Positions 1 through 9,857 of a DNA stretch of 64,000 nt are shown here, piece after piece. The position numbers and the translations under genes are program-made. The notes under the pieces are model-generated. The model made no database searches. It had not been told where the DNA came from and was given only the letters and a program-made list of their open reading frames with translations. Origin of the DNA: an uncultured Alphaproteobacteria bacterium (GTDB lineage Bacteria; Pseudomonadota; Alphaproteobacteria; Rs-D84); NCBI GenBank assembly GCA_944392815.1, contig CALXXY010000001.1, positions 160,001-224,000 on the forward strand, written 5' to 3'. The number at the start of each line of letters is the position of its first letter. Within the stretch, counting starts at the first letter, position 1.

Positions 1-1101
1 CCCGTGTTTGTCGGGATTATGAATTTCAATTTCATTGCCCGGCAATGGGCCTGCATAGTGCATGGAACCGTCCGGCAACCGAAACGCGAAATTAAAATTC
101 GCCGGACCGGTTGTTTCCGTCAATCCATAACAGTCACCAACAACGAATCCCAGTCGTTCGAAAAATTTCCGAATTGTGGGCTTTAACGTTGCGCCGGCAG
201 ACACCAGAACTTTGGTGCGGCCACCAAACAAATCGTGCACAGGTTTGGTCACTTTGTTCACAATTGCCCCCAACCCAATGGCACGCAGCACGTGACGCAA
301 CGATACAACCACGCGCATTAATGTGTATACATGCTTTTCTTTGGCTGTGGCGATGATTTTTTTATAGAACGTTTCCCAAATACGCGGAACTGCGGGGATA
401 ACTTCGGGCTTGAACTTTTTAAAATCTGCCATAAATTCACGCGGGTTTAACACAGGTTGCAACAGCAATTTACCACGCAGCACCAGCGGCGCGATAATAT
501 TAATCACCACGCCATATATGTGATACAGCGGTAAAAATCCATAAAAAGTATATCCAGGGTGAATGACTGGGCTGTAAAACAATGCGCCATCGCCCAATGA
601 TATAATGTTATCGTGGGTTAAACCAACAACCTTTGGATTGCCGGTTGATCCAGACGTAAATGACAACATCGCAATATCATCGCGTTTGGCCGGGGCCGCA
701 ACAAATTCGCGGGCGTCTGTGTCATCAACCGATTCTATGTCGAACATTTTTGGCACACCGCGACCGGCCACGAAATATTCGCGCTGGGCCAATACCAATT
801 TACATTTCGTGCGGCGCATCATATTAATGTGTTCGGACGACGCCAGACCCGTATCCAACATCAAAACGCGTGCGCCCTGGGATACTATGGCGAAATACGA
901 ACGTATGAAATCCGGTGTGTTGCCGGATAAAATCGCAACTGTATCACCACGTTTTACACCGAATTTTTTTGCCAACAGAACCGCGCGTTGTTTCACACGG
1001 CGCAATAAATCTGCATAGGTTTCGTTCTGTCTGACAAAGAAAATACGGTCTTTGTTCTGGGAACATACCTGGTGCAGCATGTCATAGATATTTTTTATCA
1101 T
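1..1101 (-). CDS. AMP-binding long-chain acyl-CoA synthetase (runs off window start)
   Basis: Manual minus-strand translation from ATG at 1101 (MIKNIYDMLHQ...) gives the AMP-binding signature SFTSGSTGNPK; not in the ORF track because it is truncated by the window edge. Confidence 0.85.
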   Translation of the reverse strand, partial: MIKNIYDMLHQVCSQNKDRIFFVRQNETYADLLRRVKQRAVLLAKKFGVKRGDTVAILSGNTPDFIRSYFAIVSQGARVLMLDTGLASSEHINMMRRTKCKLVLAQREYFVAGRGVPKMFDIESVDDTDAREFVAAPAKRDDIAMLSFTSGSTGNPKVVGLTHDNIISLGDGALFYSPVIHPGYTFYGFLPLYHIYGVVINIIAPLVLRGKLLLQPVLNPREFMADFKKFKPEVIPAVPRIWETFYKKIIATAKEKHVYTLMRVVVSLRHVLRAIGLGAIVNKVTKPVHDLFGGRTKVLVSAGATLKPTIRKFFERLGFVVGDCYGLTETTGPANFNFAFRLPDGSMHYAGPLPGNEIEIHNPDKHG

Positions 1102-1475
1102 TAAATTTTCTCTTTGGTTAATATGCGAATTATTTCACATATATATGAACTATACACATTTTTGGGCCGGAATGACAACCTATTTCATTAAATGGGCAAA
1201 ATTCACAAAAACTTGTCAAAAAAAGCGGTCATTTATCCGTCAATTTGTCAATATATAGATATTGATTCGTTATTTTTTATCTATATTTTGTATTTTTGAT
1301 AAAAAACCGAATCATTTCCCAGGTGAAAAATCTGATTTTTTTAATACAAAAATTCGTTTGGTATCCGATTCAAGTGAATCGGACAGGCGTCAATGCCCCG
1401 GAAAATCCCCTTTTTAAAAAGTAAAGCGAAAAATAAAAATTTTTTTCATTTTTATGTGTTGTTAGTAATTCATAT

Positions 1476-1524
1476 ATACTATATATTGTTATCAAATAAC
1501 GGAAACAACCACTATATATTGTGT
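1476..1524 (+). promoter_or_regulatory. Tandem NrdR boxes
   Basis: ATACTATATATTGTTA (1476-1491) and CCACTATATATTGTGT (1509-1524) match the acaCwAtATaTwGtg consensus, 33 bp apart, directly upstream of nrdD. Confidence 0.75.
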
Positions 1525-1548
1525 TTTAAGAATATTGGGGTATATAAA

Positions 1549-3603
1549 ATGGCTGGGACAGAAAACGATAACAAAATGCAGATTATTCCGACACTTACCA
1601 CGCGACTGAAAGTTGTTCAGAAACGTTCTGGGGAATCGGTTCCATTTGATGCGAAAAAAATTTTTGACGCTGTGAAAAAGGCGGTTGCCGTCACGCATGA
1701 AATTTCGGACGAGCAAATTGTCGCCATTACGCAAAGCGCGCTGAATAAATTGGAATCCAAATTTACAGAAAAAAATCCAACAGTCGAAGATGTCCAGGAA
1801 TCGGTTATTGAATCGCTGATGGACGCGCGTGCGTATAAAACTGCGGAATCATATATTATATATCGTCAAAAACGCAGCGAAATTCGTGATTCGTATGTTG
1901 ACGCGGTCGAAATTATCGAGGGCTATGTCGGTGGTTCCAATTGGCGTATCAAGGAAAACGCCAATATCGGTTATTCCATTGGCGGGTTGATTTTGCGTAC
2001 ATCTGAACGTGTGACCGCAGAATACTGGTTGAATTTATACCCCCGCGAAGTGGCCGAGGCCCACAAAAACGCCGCGATACATATTCATGACCTGGGGTGG
2101 TTGACTGGGTATTGCGCGGGTTGGTCACTGCGCGAATTATTGTACGAGGGATTCAACGGTGTTCCCGGATATTTACAGTGCGAACCCGCCAAACATATGG
2201 CAACTGCGATTTCCCACATGGTGAATTTCCTGGGGACATTGCAGAATGAATTTGCCGGTGCCCAGGCGTTTTCGTCCGTGGACACATATCTGGCCCCATA
2301 TGTCAGAATTGACAATATGACATATGCAGATGTTAAAAATGCTATGCAGACGTTGGTGTTTAACTGTGCTGTGCCATGTCGTTGGGGCACCCAGACACCG
2401 TTTATCAATTTCACATTTGACTGGACCTGTCCCGAAGATTTAAAGAATCAGCGCCCATTCGTTGGCAAAAAGCAAATGGATTTCACATATGGCGAATTGC
2501 AAAACGAAATGGACATGATTAACAAAGCATTTCTGGAGGTCATGACCGAAGGTGACGCCCTGGGGCGGCCGTTTACGTTCCCTATTCCGACATATAACAT
2601 CACAAATGATTTCCCGTGGGAACACCCGAATGTCAAACCTTTGTTTGATTTGGCGGCAAAATACGGTATTCCGAATTTCCAAAACTTTCTGAATTCCGAT
2701 TTGAATCCGACAGATGTGCGTTCTATGTGTTGTCGGTTGCGTCTGGACGTGCGTGAATTGTTAAAACGTGGTGGCGGACTGTTTGGATCGGCGGAAAAAA
2801 CGGGTTCTATTGGTGTGGTGACAATTAACCTGGCACGGTTGGGATACACGCACAAGGGCGACCGCGAAGGTTTATTCCGCGAATTAAAACGTTTATTGGA
2901 TTTGGCACGTGATTCGTTGGAAATCAAACGTCGTATTATTACCAAAAATATGGAACGCGGACTGTATCCGTTTACCCGCAGATATTTGGGCAATTGGGAT
3001 CATCATTTTTCAACCATCGGTGTGAATGGCGCAAATGAAATGGTGCGTAATTTCACAAACGATCGCGAAAATATCGCAACGCCAATGGGTAAAAAACTGG
3101 TGCTGGATTTGATGGATTTCATTCGTGAAAATCTGGCCACGTTCCAGGAACAAACCGGCAACCTGTATAATCTGGAGGCCACCCCAGCCGAGGGCTGTTC
3201 ATACAGATTTGCAAAAACAGACGTGAAAAATTTCCCGGATATTATAACCGCCGGTACCCACGACGCGCCGTATTATACAAATTCGACGCAGTTGCCTGTG
3301 AATTACACAGACGACCCGTTCGTTGCCCTGGAACACCAGGAAGAATTACAACGCAAATATACTGGTGGAACTATGTTGCATTTGTATATGGGCGAACCTG
3401 TTTCCAGTGGCGAAGCCGCGGAAAAAATCGTGCGTACGATTTTCGAAAATTACAAGATTCCGTACATGACGCTGACACCGACATTCTCGATTTGTCCGAA
3501 ACATGGGTATTTGCCTGGCCGGCACGAGTTTTGTCCGAAATGCGATGCTGAAATCGCGGCAAATCAAAATGCGGAATCCGCAACAGTTTCACAAGAAAAA
3601 TAA
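1549..3603 (+). CDS. nrdD: Anaerobic (class III) ribonucleoside-triphosphate reductase, large part with ATP cone
   Basis: ATP cone (VQKRSG...FD), IHIHDL, SMCCRL, ATPAEG, YYTNS, YTGGT, Zn site CPKH..CPKC; start placed at MAGTEND. Confidence 0.95.
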   Translation: MAGTENDNKMQIIPTLTTRLKVVQKRSGESVPFDAKKIFDAVKKAVAVTHEISDEQIVAITQSALNKLESKFTEKNPTVEDVQESVIESLMDARAYKTAESYIIYRQKRSEIRDSYVDAVEIIEGYVGGSNWRIKENANIGYSIGGLILRTSERVTAEYWLNLYPREVAEAHKNAAIHIHDLGWLTGYCAGWSLRELLYEGFNGVPGYLQCEPAKHMATAISHMVNFLGTLQNEFAGAQAFSSVDTYLAPYVRIDNMTYADVKNAMQTLVFNCAVPCRWGTQTPFINFTFDWTCPEDLKNQRPFVGKKQMDFTYGELQNEMDMINKAFLEVMTEGDALGRPFTFPIPTYNITNDFPWEHPNVKPLFDLAAKYGIPNFQNFLNSDLNPTDVRSMCCRLRLDVRELLKRGGGLFGSAEKTGSIGVVTINLARLGYTHKGDREGLFRELKRLLDLARDSLEIKRRIITKNMERGLYPFTRRYLGNWDHHFSTIGVNGANEMVRNFTNDRENIATPMGKKLVLDLMDFIRENLATFQEQTGNLYNLEATPAEGCSYRFAKTDVKNFPDIITAGTHDAPYYTNSTQLPVNYTDDPFVALEHQEELQRKYTGGTMLHLYMGEPVSSGEAAEKIVRTIFENYKIPYMTLTPTFSICPKHGYLPGRHEFCPKCDAEIAANQNAESATVSQEK

Positions 3604-3633
3604 CTAAACAAAAAAAACAGGGAGGAAAACATT

Positions 3634-3819
3634 ATGGCAGCAGAAAACACGCAAAGAACACAATGTGAAGTATTTTCACGTTCAATGGGGTTCATCAGAC
3701 CTGTGTCCAATTTTAACATTGGCAAATATTCTGAATTCTGCGAAAGAAAAACGTTTACCGAAGCGAACAGTTTAACAACTGGTCAGCGTCATAGTGAACT
3801 GATGAAAAAAGCTGCATAA
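3634..3819 (+). CDS. Stand-alone NrdD C-terminal glycyl-radical peptide
   Basis: CEVFSRSMGFIRPV..FN.GK..EF.ERK matches the NrdD glycyl-radical loop; own GGAGG RBS. Confidence 0.85.
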   Translation: MAAENTQRTQCEVFSRSMGFIRPVSNFNIGKYSEFCERKTFTEANSLTTGQRHSELMKKAA

Positions 3820-3822
3820 GTT

Positions 3823-4524
3823 ATGAGAGAGATTCAGATTGGTGGATTGGTGTCGTTCACGACAATCGATTACCCCGGGAAATTGGCCGCGGTGCTGTTT
3901 CTGGTGGGTTGTCCGTTGCGGTGTGCGTATTGTTCCAATCCCCATCTGATACCATTGCACGACGGCGAATACGATCCTGAAAAGGTGTTTGATTGGCTGA
4001 AAAGCCGCGTTGGCAAGCTCGAGGCCGTCGTTTTTTCCGGGGGCGAAGCGTTGATGCAGGGCGACGCGTTGATTGATTATATGCGGCGCGTGCGTGAATT
4101 GGGATTCGCCATCGGATTACATACCAACGGTTTTTATCCAGAAACACTGGCACGCGCGGCCGATGTCGTGGACTGGATTGGTTTGGATTATAAAACTGTG
4201 CGCAACAAATACGGCGATTTGGTTGGGCAAAATATCGCGCACGACCATATGGTTCGCAGTTTGACCACGTGGCAATCCACCGGCAAAGATTTCGAGGTTC
4301 GTATTACCTGTGACCCGCGTTTTGTGACCAAAATGGATTTGCTGGAAATCGCAAATGATTTGCATGCGCGTGGTGTGAAAAAATTCGCTGTACAGAAATA
4401 TATCCCGCATTTCGAGGATTCAACCCATAACACCACACCAGAACAGCGCAATCAATTTTTTTCTGATGACAATTTACGCGATACAATTAATGCGCTGTTT
4501 GATTCTGTCACCTGGCGCGAATAA
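3823..4524 (+). CDS. nrdG: Anaerobic RNR activating radical-SAM protein
   Basis: DYPG, GCPLRCAYCSN (CxxxCxxC), SGGE; in operon with nrdD. Confidence 0.93.
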   Translation: MREIQIGGLVSFTTIDYPGKLAAVLFLVGCPLRCAYCSNPHLIPLHDGEYDPEKVFDWLKSRVGKLEAVVFSGGEALMQGDALIDYMRRVRELGFAIGLHTNGFYPETLARAADVVDWIGLDYKTVRNKYGDLVGQNIAHDHMVRSLTTWQSTGKDFEVRITCDPRFVTKMDLLEIANDLHARGVKKFAVQKYIPHFEDSTHNTTPEQRNQFFSDDNLRDTINALFDSVTWRE

Positions 4525-4582
4525 TCGTGATTTTTCCACTGTTTTGTGATATAATTGATGGCATAATTGATGACAAAGGAAT

Positions 4583-6367
4583 TTGTTCATGCCAAAAACT
4601 ATGTTTGATATCATAAAAAAGCAAAATGGTGAACGTTTTGCCAAGGCAATTCGCAATTACGACAATGGGATTTTTGATATTCCGAATCTGGATACAATTG
4701 TCAAACATGCCGGTCGCGAAGCCGAACCAATTATGGCGTATTTAATATCGCTGAAAAATATTGAAATAAACGAAATGGCTGTGCATATGGATCCGATTAA
4801 ATTGTTGGATCGCGCGGGATATAACGCATATGTGGTGCACAATCTGGCCGAACAGAACGCAATCAAAAAATATTTTGCCCCGGGCGAGGAATTGTGCACT
4901 TTCCACGATCCGCACAGATTTGAAAAATACTATATCATAAACGCTGTACGCAAGGACGTGGATAATATTCGCCGGGCTGATTTTAAAAATCCCAAACGCG
5001 AAGATGAATACGGCACATCGGTCATTTCCATTCAGGTATTAAAAACTGGCGGATTTATCAGTATCAAAAACAGATATAATCACACTGTTGAAAATCCAGA
5101 TAATACGTTGAATTCGAATCCTGATAATATTATCCCTGGATTGGCGGACGCGATAAAGCACCATTTTAACGTGGATTTTGCGTCACATCATGTGGATTTA
5201 CCAATTAATTATACCACCATGAACAACCAGATTTTAAAATATAATCTGGAGGTTGAAAATACCTATATCGGGCCGGATTTTTACGCACGCGATGGGCGTG
5301 TGTTTGACATTAACAAAGATTATGAAATTATTTTGGACACAATCGTATTCAATACAAAAACCAAAGAATTCAAATCTATTGCCCACGCGGACGGTGATTG
5401 GCAGATGATTAGTGCACTGTCGACCGCCATTAATGGGAAAAAGGTAAAAATACAAAACGCGGACAACGACACAAAAATACTGATTGCGGGCGATACACCG
5501 ATTGTCACATTCCAAAACGGGCAAATATTGTCGCTGAATTTGCCAAACGTGCGCGAAATCGGCAATTATTTTGCGTTGGATTGTCAAAAATTGACCAGCG
5601 TGTCTATGCCTGATTTGGAAACAATGGGCACCAACTGTTTTCAATTTAATACATTGGAACATGTGAATATGCCGAAATTGCGCGAAATCGGTGAAATGTC
5701 TTTCTATAAATGCAGAAATTTACAGGAAATAAACCTGCCGCAGGTGCAAAAAATGGGCAGTTTCTGTTTTACTGGCGTTTATCAACTGAAAAATGTTAAT
5801 ATGCCACAACTGCGATATGTCGGGGATCATATGTTTCACACTGCACCCGCGCTGACTGTGTTGGATTTGCCAAATTTGCAACGCATGGGGCAAAACTGTG
5901 TTATGAACGCACAGTTGAAAACAGTGAATTTGCCACAGCTGCAATCTGTTGACAATAATTGTTTTGTGAATGGTTGTGCCGTGACGGAACTGGATTTGCC
6001 GAATTTACAGCATATGGGAAATGTCGTGTTTTACGATGCGCCACAATTACGCAGTGTAAACGCGCCCAAATTGCAAAACATGGGCGCATTCTGTTTCCGC
6101 GCCAGCCAAAATGCCACACATGTATATATGCCGCAACTGCAACATATCAGCCAGGGCTGTTTTGAATCCAATGCAACCGTTTTCGAAAAACTGGATTCCA
6201 TCAGAAATATTTCCGGCGAAATCGCCCCGGGGGGATTGGTCGTCGACCCCGCCGTTGATAACAGTGGCACAAAAAAACTGTTCATGCGCGCCATACAGAA
6301 AATTACCAATTACGGCAAAACAAAAAATAAAATCACACCAACCAAGGATAATCACAATGACCGATAA
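4583..6367 (+). CDS. Leucine-rich repeat (BspA/LRR_5-like) protein with an uncharacterised N-terminal domain
   Basis: About ten ~22-aa repeats of LPxLxxMGxxCF in the C-terminal half. Confidence 0.8.
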   Translation: MFMPKTMFDIIKKQNGERFAKAIRNYDNGIFDIPNLDTIVKHAGREAEPIMAYLISLKNIEINEMAVHMDPIKLLDRAGYNAYVVHNLAEQNAIKKYFAPGEELCTFHDPHRFEKYYIINAVRKDVDNIRRADFKNPKREDEYGTSVISIQVLKTGGFISIKNRYNHTVENPDNTLNSNPDNIIPGLADAIKHHFNVDFASHHVDLPINYTTMNNQILKYNLEVENTYIGPDFYARDGRVFDINKDYEIILDTIVFNTKTKEFKSIAHADGDWQMISALSTAINGKKVKIQNADNDTKILIAGDTPIVTFQNGQILSLNLPNVREIGNYFALDCQKLTSVSMPDLETMGTNCFQFNTLEHVNMPKLREIGEMSFYKCRNLQEINLPQVQKMGSFCFTGVYQLKNVNMPQLRYVGDHMFHTAPALTVLDLPNLQRMGQNCVMNAQLKTVNLPQLQSVDNNCFVNGCAVTELDLPNLQHMGNVVFYDAPQLRSVNAPKLQNMGAFCFRASQNATHVYMPQLQHISQGCFESNATVFEKLDSIRNISGEIAPGGLVVDPAVDNSGTKKLFMRAIQKITNYGKTKNKITPTKDNHNDR

Positions 6368-6815
6368 AATTAAACTGACTTTGCGTGACGGCGACGTCGT
6401 AATCCAAACGCTGCCCGAAATCGCGCCAAAACATGTGGCACGAATAACAGAACTCGTGAAATCAGGATTTTATAATGGGTTGACATTTCACCGCGTGATT
6501 GCCGGATTCATGGCCCAGACCGGTTGCCCCAATGGCGACGGGCGCGGCGGCAGTGGCGTGAAAATTCCCGCTGAATTTTCGGGTGAAAATTTCAGCCGCG
6601 GCGCAGTTGGCATGGCGCGCACTGTCGATGTAAATTCCGCGGATTCCCAGTTTTTTATATGTCTGGCGGATTGTTCGTTTTTGAACGGCAAATATACCCT
6701 GTGGGGACGCGTTATCAGCGGTATGGAATACGTGGACAAAATCAAACTGGGCGACGATATGAATAATGGCCACGTGGATAACCCAGACAAAATTATCAAA
6801 ATGGAAATGATGTGA
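6357..6815 (+). CDS. Cyclophilin-type peptidyl-prolyl cis-trans isomerase
   Basis: FHRVIAGFMAQTG, GMAR, SQFFI, YTLWGRV; start at MTDKIK overlaps the LRR gene end. Confidence 0.93.
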   Translation: MTDKIKLTLRDGDVVIQTLPEIAPKHVARITELVKSGFYNGLTFHRVIAGFMAQTGCPNGDGRGGSGVKIPAEFSGENFSRGAVGMARTVDVNSADSQFFICLADCSFLNGKYTLWGRVISGMEYVDKIKLGDDMNNGHVDNPDKIIKMEMM

Positions 6816-6820
6816 CGTGT

Positions 6821-6851
6821 GTTATTCCCGCACCAGCGGTGCGGGAATAAC
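6821..6851 (+). terminator. Inverted repeat or terminator after the cyclophilin gene
   Basis: GTTATTCCCGCAC-cagcg-GTGCGGGAATAAC perfect 13-bp stem. Confidence 0.6.
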
Positions 6852-7000
6852 AGAGTGTAGAGTGGAGAGTATAGAGTGTAGATATTGTCCGCGCATATGC
6901 GCGGAATTTTATTACCGTCGCGGGGCAAAGTTCCCCTCTGCGGAGGGGTGGCACGTAGTGCCGGGGTGGTTATTGTACCCCCCCGCCCCAAAAGGGTGTG
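6852..7000. repeat. REP-like palindromic intergenic element preceded by AGAGTGT-like heptamer repeats
   Basis: AGAGTGT AGAGTGG AGAGTAT AGAGTGT tandem, followed by CCCCTC-tgcg-GAGGGG and GGCAC-gta-GTGCC hairpins. Confidence 0.4.
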
Positions 7001-7039
7001 GCGGCATCTGAACCCTTGCTTGCAAAAATTATTAATTGT

Positions 7040-7612
7040 TTATTTGCGGAATAAAAAGCATTTATATTCGTGTGAATTAATGACGCCCGCCGATTGCAGG
7101 TATGCATAAACGGTCGTTGTGCCAATGAACTGCATACCACGATGACGTAAATCCGCGGCAATTTTATCTGATAACGCAGAACGGGTTTTGCCAACCTGGT
7201 GTATTATGCGGCCACGCGTCCAATGCCACAGATATTTTGAAAAAGTCCCATATTCATGCGCAATGGACGTAAATACCCGCGCGTTATTGACCACAGCCGC
7301 TATTTTGCGTGCATTGCGAATTATGCCTGTATCGCTCTGTAATTGCGCCAATTTTGCCGTATCATAATTACATACGCGCGCAATATCAAAGTTATCAAAC
7401 GCGCGACGAAATGCATCGCGACGATTTAAAATGCATTCCCAACTTAATCCCGCCTGGAACGTTTCCAGCACCAGCATTTCAAATAATTTCGCGTCGTCGT
7501 ATGTCGGCACGCCCCATTCTGTGTCGTGATAGTGAATGTATTTTTCATTTTTGGGATTGGCCCAGTGACAACGAACGCGGCCATCTGGCCATGTTTTATT
7601 GGGTGCGGTCAT
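7040..7612 (-). CDS. tag: DNA-3-methyladenine glycosylase I
   Basis: RCHW, YHDTEWG, LETFQAGLSW, C-terminal NSH..C. Confidence 0.93.
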   Translation of the reverse strand: MTAPNKTWPDGRVRCHWANPKNEKYIHYHDTEWGVPTYDDAKLFEMLVLETFQAGLSWECILNRRDAFRRAFDNFDIARVCNYDTAKLAQLQSDTGIIRNARKIAAVVNNARVFTSIAHEYGTFSKYLWHWTRGRIIHQVGKTRSALSDKIAADLRHRGMQFIGTTTVYAYLQSAGVINSHEYKCFLFRK

Positions 7613-8109
7613 AGGTTTACCCCCTCGGTCCACAGGAGTTTGTTTTTTATATCCAATCCACCGGCATACCCGACCAATTTTCCATTCGCGCCCAACACAC
7701 GGTGACATGGGATTATTATCGACACAGGATTGCGGCCAACTGCGCCACCCACCGCGCGTGGTGATGTGCCCCGCCCCATGCGCGCAGCAATGTCACCATA
7801 GGTCGTCGTTGTGCCGTATGGGATTTTGCGCAATTCGTGCCACACTGCACGTTGAAATTCTGTGCCGCGGGGGTTCAATGGAATGCGCGATGTGTCTGGG
7901 CGGGCGCCCGCGAAATATTCGTCCAGCCATTGTTTTGTTATATTAAAAACTGATAAATTTGCATTGCGCGCAGCGTTATCCGGCACGCCCGCACGAAAAT
8001 ATTTTTGCCCGCAAAACCACAGCCCCACCAACGTGTCTGGGGTCGCGCACAGTGTTAATTCGCCCAATGGGGAATCGTATGTATCAATAAAATATGTCGG
8101 TGTGGTCAT
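7609..8109 (-). CDS. ogt: Methylated-DNA-protein-cysteine methyltransferase
   Basis: GTEFQ..VW, IPYG, RAVGGA, IPCHRV active site. Confidence 0.93.
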   Translation of the reverse strand: MTTPTYFIDTYDSPLGELTLCATPDTLVGLWFCGQKYFRAGVPDNAARNANLSVFNITKQWLDEYFAGARPDTSRIPLNPRGTEFQRAVWHELRKIPYGTTTTYGDIAARMGRGTSPRAVGGAVGRNPVSIIIPCHRVLGANGKLVGYAGGLDIKNKLLWTEGVNL

Positions 8110-8247
8110 GTCGAAAATCTTAAAAAATACGACGGAAAAAATCAATCCAAAACGGGGCAGATGCATATTTTTCATTTGACTTATTTTTTCATATGGGATA
8201 GCTTTCATTAGGTATTTATACTTATTCAAAAATACATGGGAGAAACT

Positions 8248-9111
8248 ATGAAAAAGAAAATTGCTTTATTTATGGCGGCGGCGATGTTCGCGCCATCTGC
8301 GTTCGCGGCTGAAATCACACCGTATGTTGGGTTGGGCCTGGTTATTGACAAGGCCAGCACGTCCGCACGCCGTGTGGGATTTGACCCGTCAAAAATTAAT
8401 TCATCTGATCCGATGAGTTCTATGACAAACGCCATTATCGTAAATGGTGGTGGCAATATGGATTTCGACATGGCGTTTGCCGGCGAAATCACCGCAGGTG
8501 TGAAATACGGTAATGTCCGTGCAGAGGTCGAAGTTGCAGTTCGCAGTGCGTCCGAAGATGATTATGATATTTTCAATGGGAATATTAATTTGCCCGGTTC
8601 TGCATTAGGGGAAGCAGGAACCATACTGCGCGACGGCATAAATATTCCATTGGAATTGGAAAATTCAATTTCTGTTCGTCACAATTCGTATTTGGTGAAC
8701 ATGTATTATGATTTCGAATTGGCAAATTCCAATTGGACACCATATATCGGTGCCGGTGTTGGTTTTGGTGTATATCATCAAAAGGCAGTTGTCGACATTG
8801 ATATCGATGAAGAAATGTTAATGGCCGGTGTTATGGCTGGTTTAGGGGACATGGCTGCACTGCCAGGGGTTTCGGACCAAGTTATCGAAGGAATGGCCCC
8901 TGTGCTGGCAGGAATGCGCAAAGCCGAGGGCGAACGCACTGTTGCCGATGATACCCTGTATCGTTTTGAATGGCAGGTCGGCCTGGGTGCTGTATACAAT
9001 TTCAACGAAGATTGGGCGATGGATATTGGATATCGTTTCAATTCGTCCACTGTCGGTGGTGAATTCGTCTATGCGCACGAGGTTAAATTGGGCGCACGCT
9101 ATTCATTCTGA
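8248..9111 (+). CDS. Outer-membrane beta-barrel protein (Opa/OmpA-like)
   Basis: Signal peptide, N.YYDF..W.PYIGAGVG, DIGYR, C-terminal YSF. Confidence 0.8.
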   Translation: MKKKIALFMAAAMFAPSAFAAEITPYVGLGLVIDKASTSARRVGFDPSKINSSDPMSSMTNAIIVNGGGNMDFDMAFAGEITAGVKYGNVRAEVEVAVRSASEDDYDIFNGNINLPGSALGEAGTILRDGINIPLELENSISVRHNSYLVNMYYDFELANSNWTPYIGAGVGFGVYHQKAVVDIDIDEEMLMAGVMAGLGDMAALPGVSDQVIEGMAPVLAGMRKAEGERTVADDTLYRFEWQVGLGAVYNFNEDWAMDIGYRFNSSTVGGEFVYAHEVKLGARYSF

Positions 9112-9120
9112 CGCGCATTT

Positions 9121-9149
9121 AAAAACACCGCCGTCCCGGCGGTGTTTTT
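9121..9149 (+). terminator. Rho-independent terminator
   Basis: AAAAACACCGCC-gtccc-GGCGGTGTTTTT. Confidence 0.75.
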
Positions 9150-9188
9150 ATACCCCACCCCACACACAACCCAAACACACGGCACAAC

Positions 9189-9503
9189 ATGAACCACAAA
9201 ATCATCATCAAATTAAAAATCGAATTGGCCATAGAACCCAGAATTTGCAGCATTTGTGGCCAACCTATATTGGATAATCAGCAAATGTCACTGGACCATT
9301 ATATTCCACGATGTCATGGTGGCCCGGACGAGGCGTCTAATCTGTTTCCGGCGCATTCAATTTGCAACTCGATAAAAAATGATTTAATGCCCGATGAATT
9401 TGAACGCGTAAAAAAGCAACTGTATCAGCAGGCATTGGACAATTGGCATATTAAACGCAAAGATAAACTAATCGTTGCCCGCGCATTGGAAAAAATGCAG
9501 TAA
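9189..9503 (+). CDS. Small HNH endonuclease
   Basis: CSICG, LDHYIPR..GG..N, H..CN..K. Confidence 0.85.
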   Translation: MNHKIIIKLKIELAIEPRICSICGQPILDNQQMSLDHYIPRCHGGPDEASNLFPAHSICNSIKNDLMPDEFERVKKQLYQQALDNWHIKRKDKLIVARALEKMQ

Positions 9504-9609
9504 TTTGTTCGGAATAACCGCAGCATGGAAACTGGTGCTATAATATTTTTATCAATTATGGCGGTGGCATTGCATCGCAATTTCCCGACATCGACATTGT
9601 ACATTTATA

Positions 9610-9824
9610 AAAAAACGCCCCGTTGGGCGTGTTTTATTTTATGGCGGATGGGGAGGGGGGATTCCCTCGCACGATGCATACGCATCGGCTGCGGGGCAAC
9701 CGTGACGATTTGACTGCGTTGCACTGGTCAAATCTACTTGTTGTCGAACCTGGGGTTTCTCATCCGCCCCACCGATCCATAAAATAAAAAACGCCCCGTT
9801 GGGCGTGTTTTATTTTATGGCGGA
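9610..9824 (-). repeat. tRNA-Ser-linked 176-bp-period repeat with terminator hairpins
   Basis: AAAAAACGCCCCGTTGGGCGTGTTTTATTTTATGGCGGA occurs twice, 176 bp apart; 9642-9657 TGGCGGATGGGGAGGG is identical to the 3' end of tRNA-Ser at 28655-28670. Confidence 0.75.
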
Positions 9825-9857
9825 GGTGTAACATTTGACGGTATTAGATATGATAAA

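Noticed and set aside
1393-1548. N-terminal extension of nrdD in the ORF track
   Set aside because: AT-rich regulatory DNA containing NrdR boxes; the ATP cone starts after 1549.
6111-6356. N-terminal extension of the cyclophilin ORF
   Set aside because: It overlaps the LRR gene in another frame; cyclophilin similarity begins at 6357.
9189-9503. HNH as terminase-associated nuclease of island 1
   Set aside because: It lies outside the att core at 9818 and about 9 kb from terL.
9610-9830. CRISPR array
   Set aside because: Only two repeat copies with a ~140-bp interval, terminator-like and tRNA-derived, and no cas genes.
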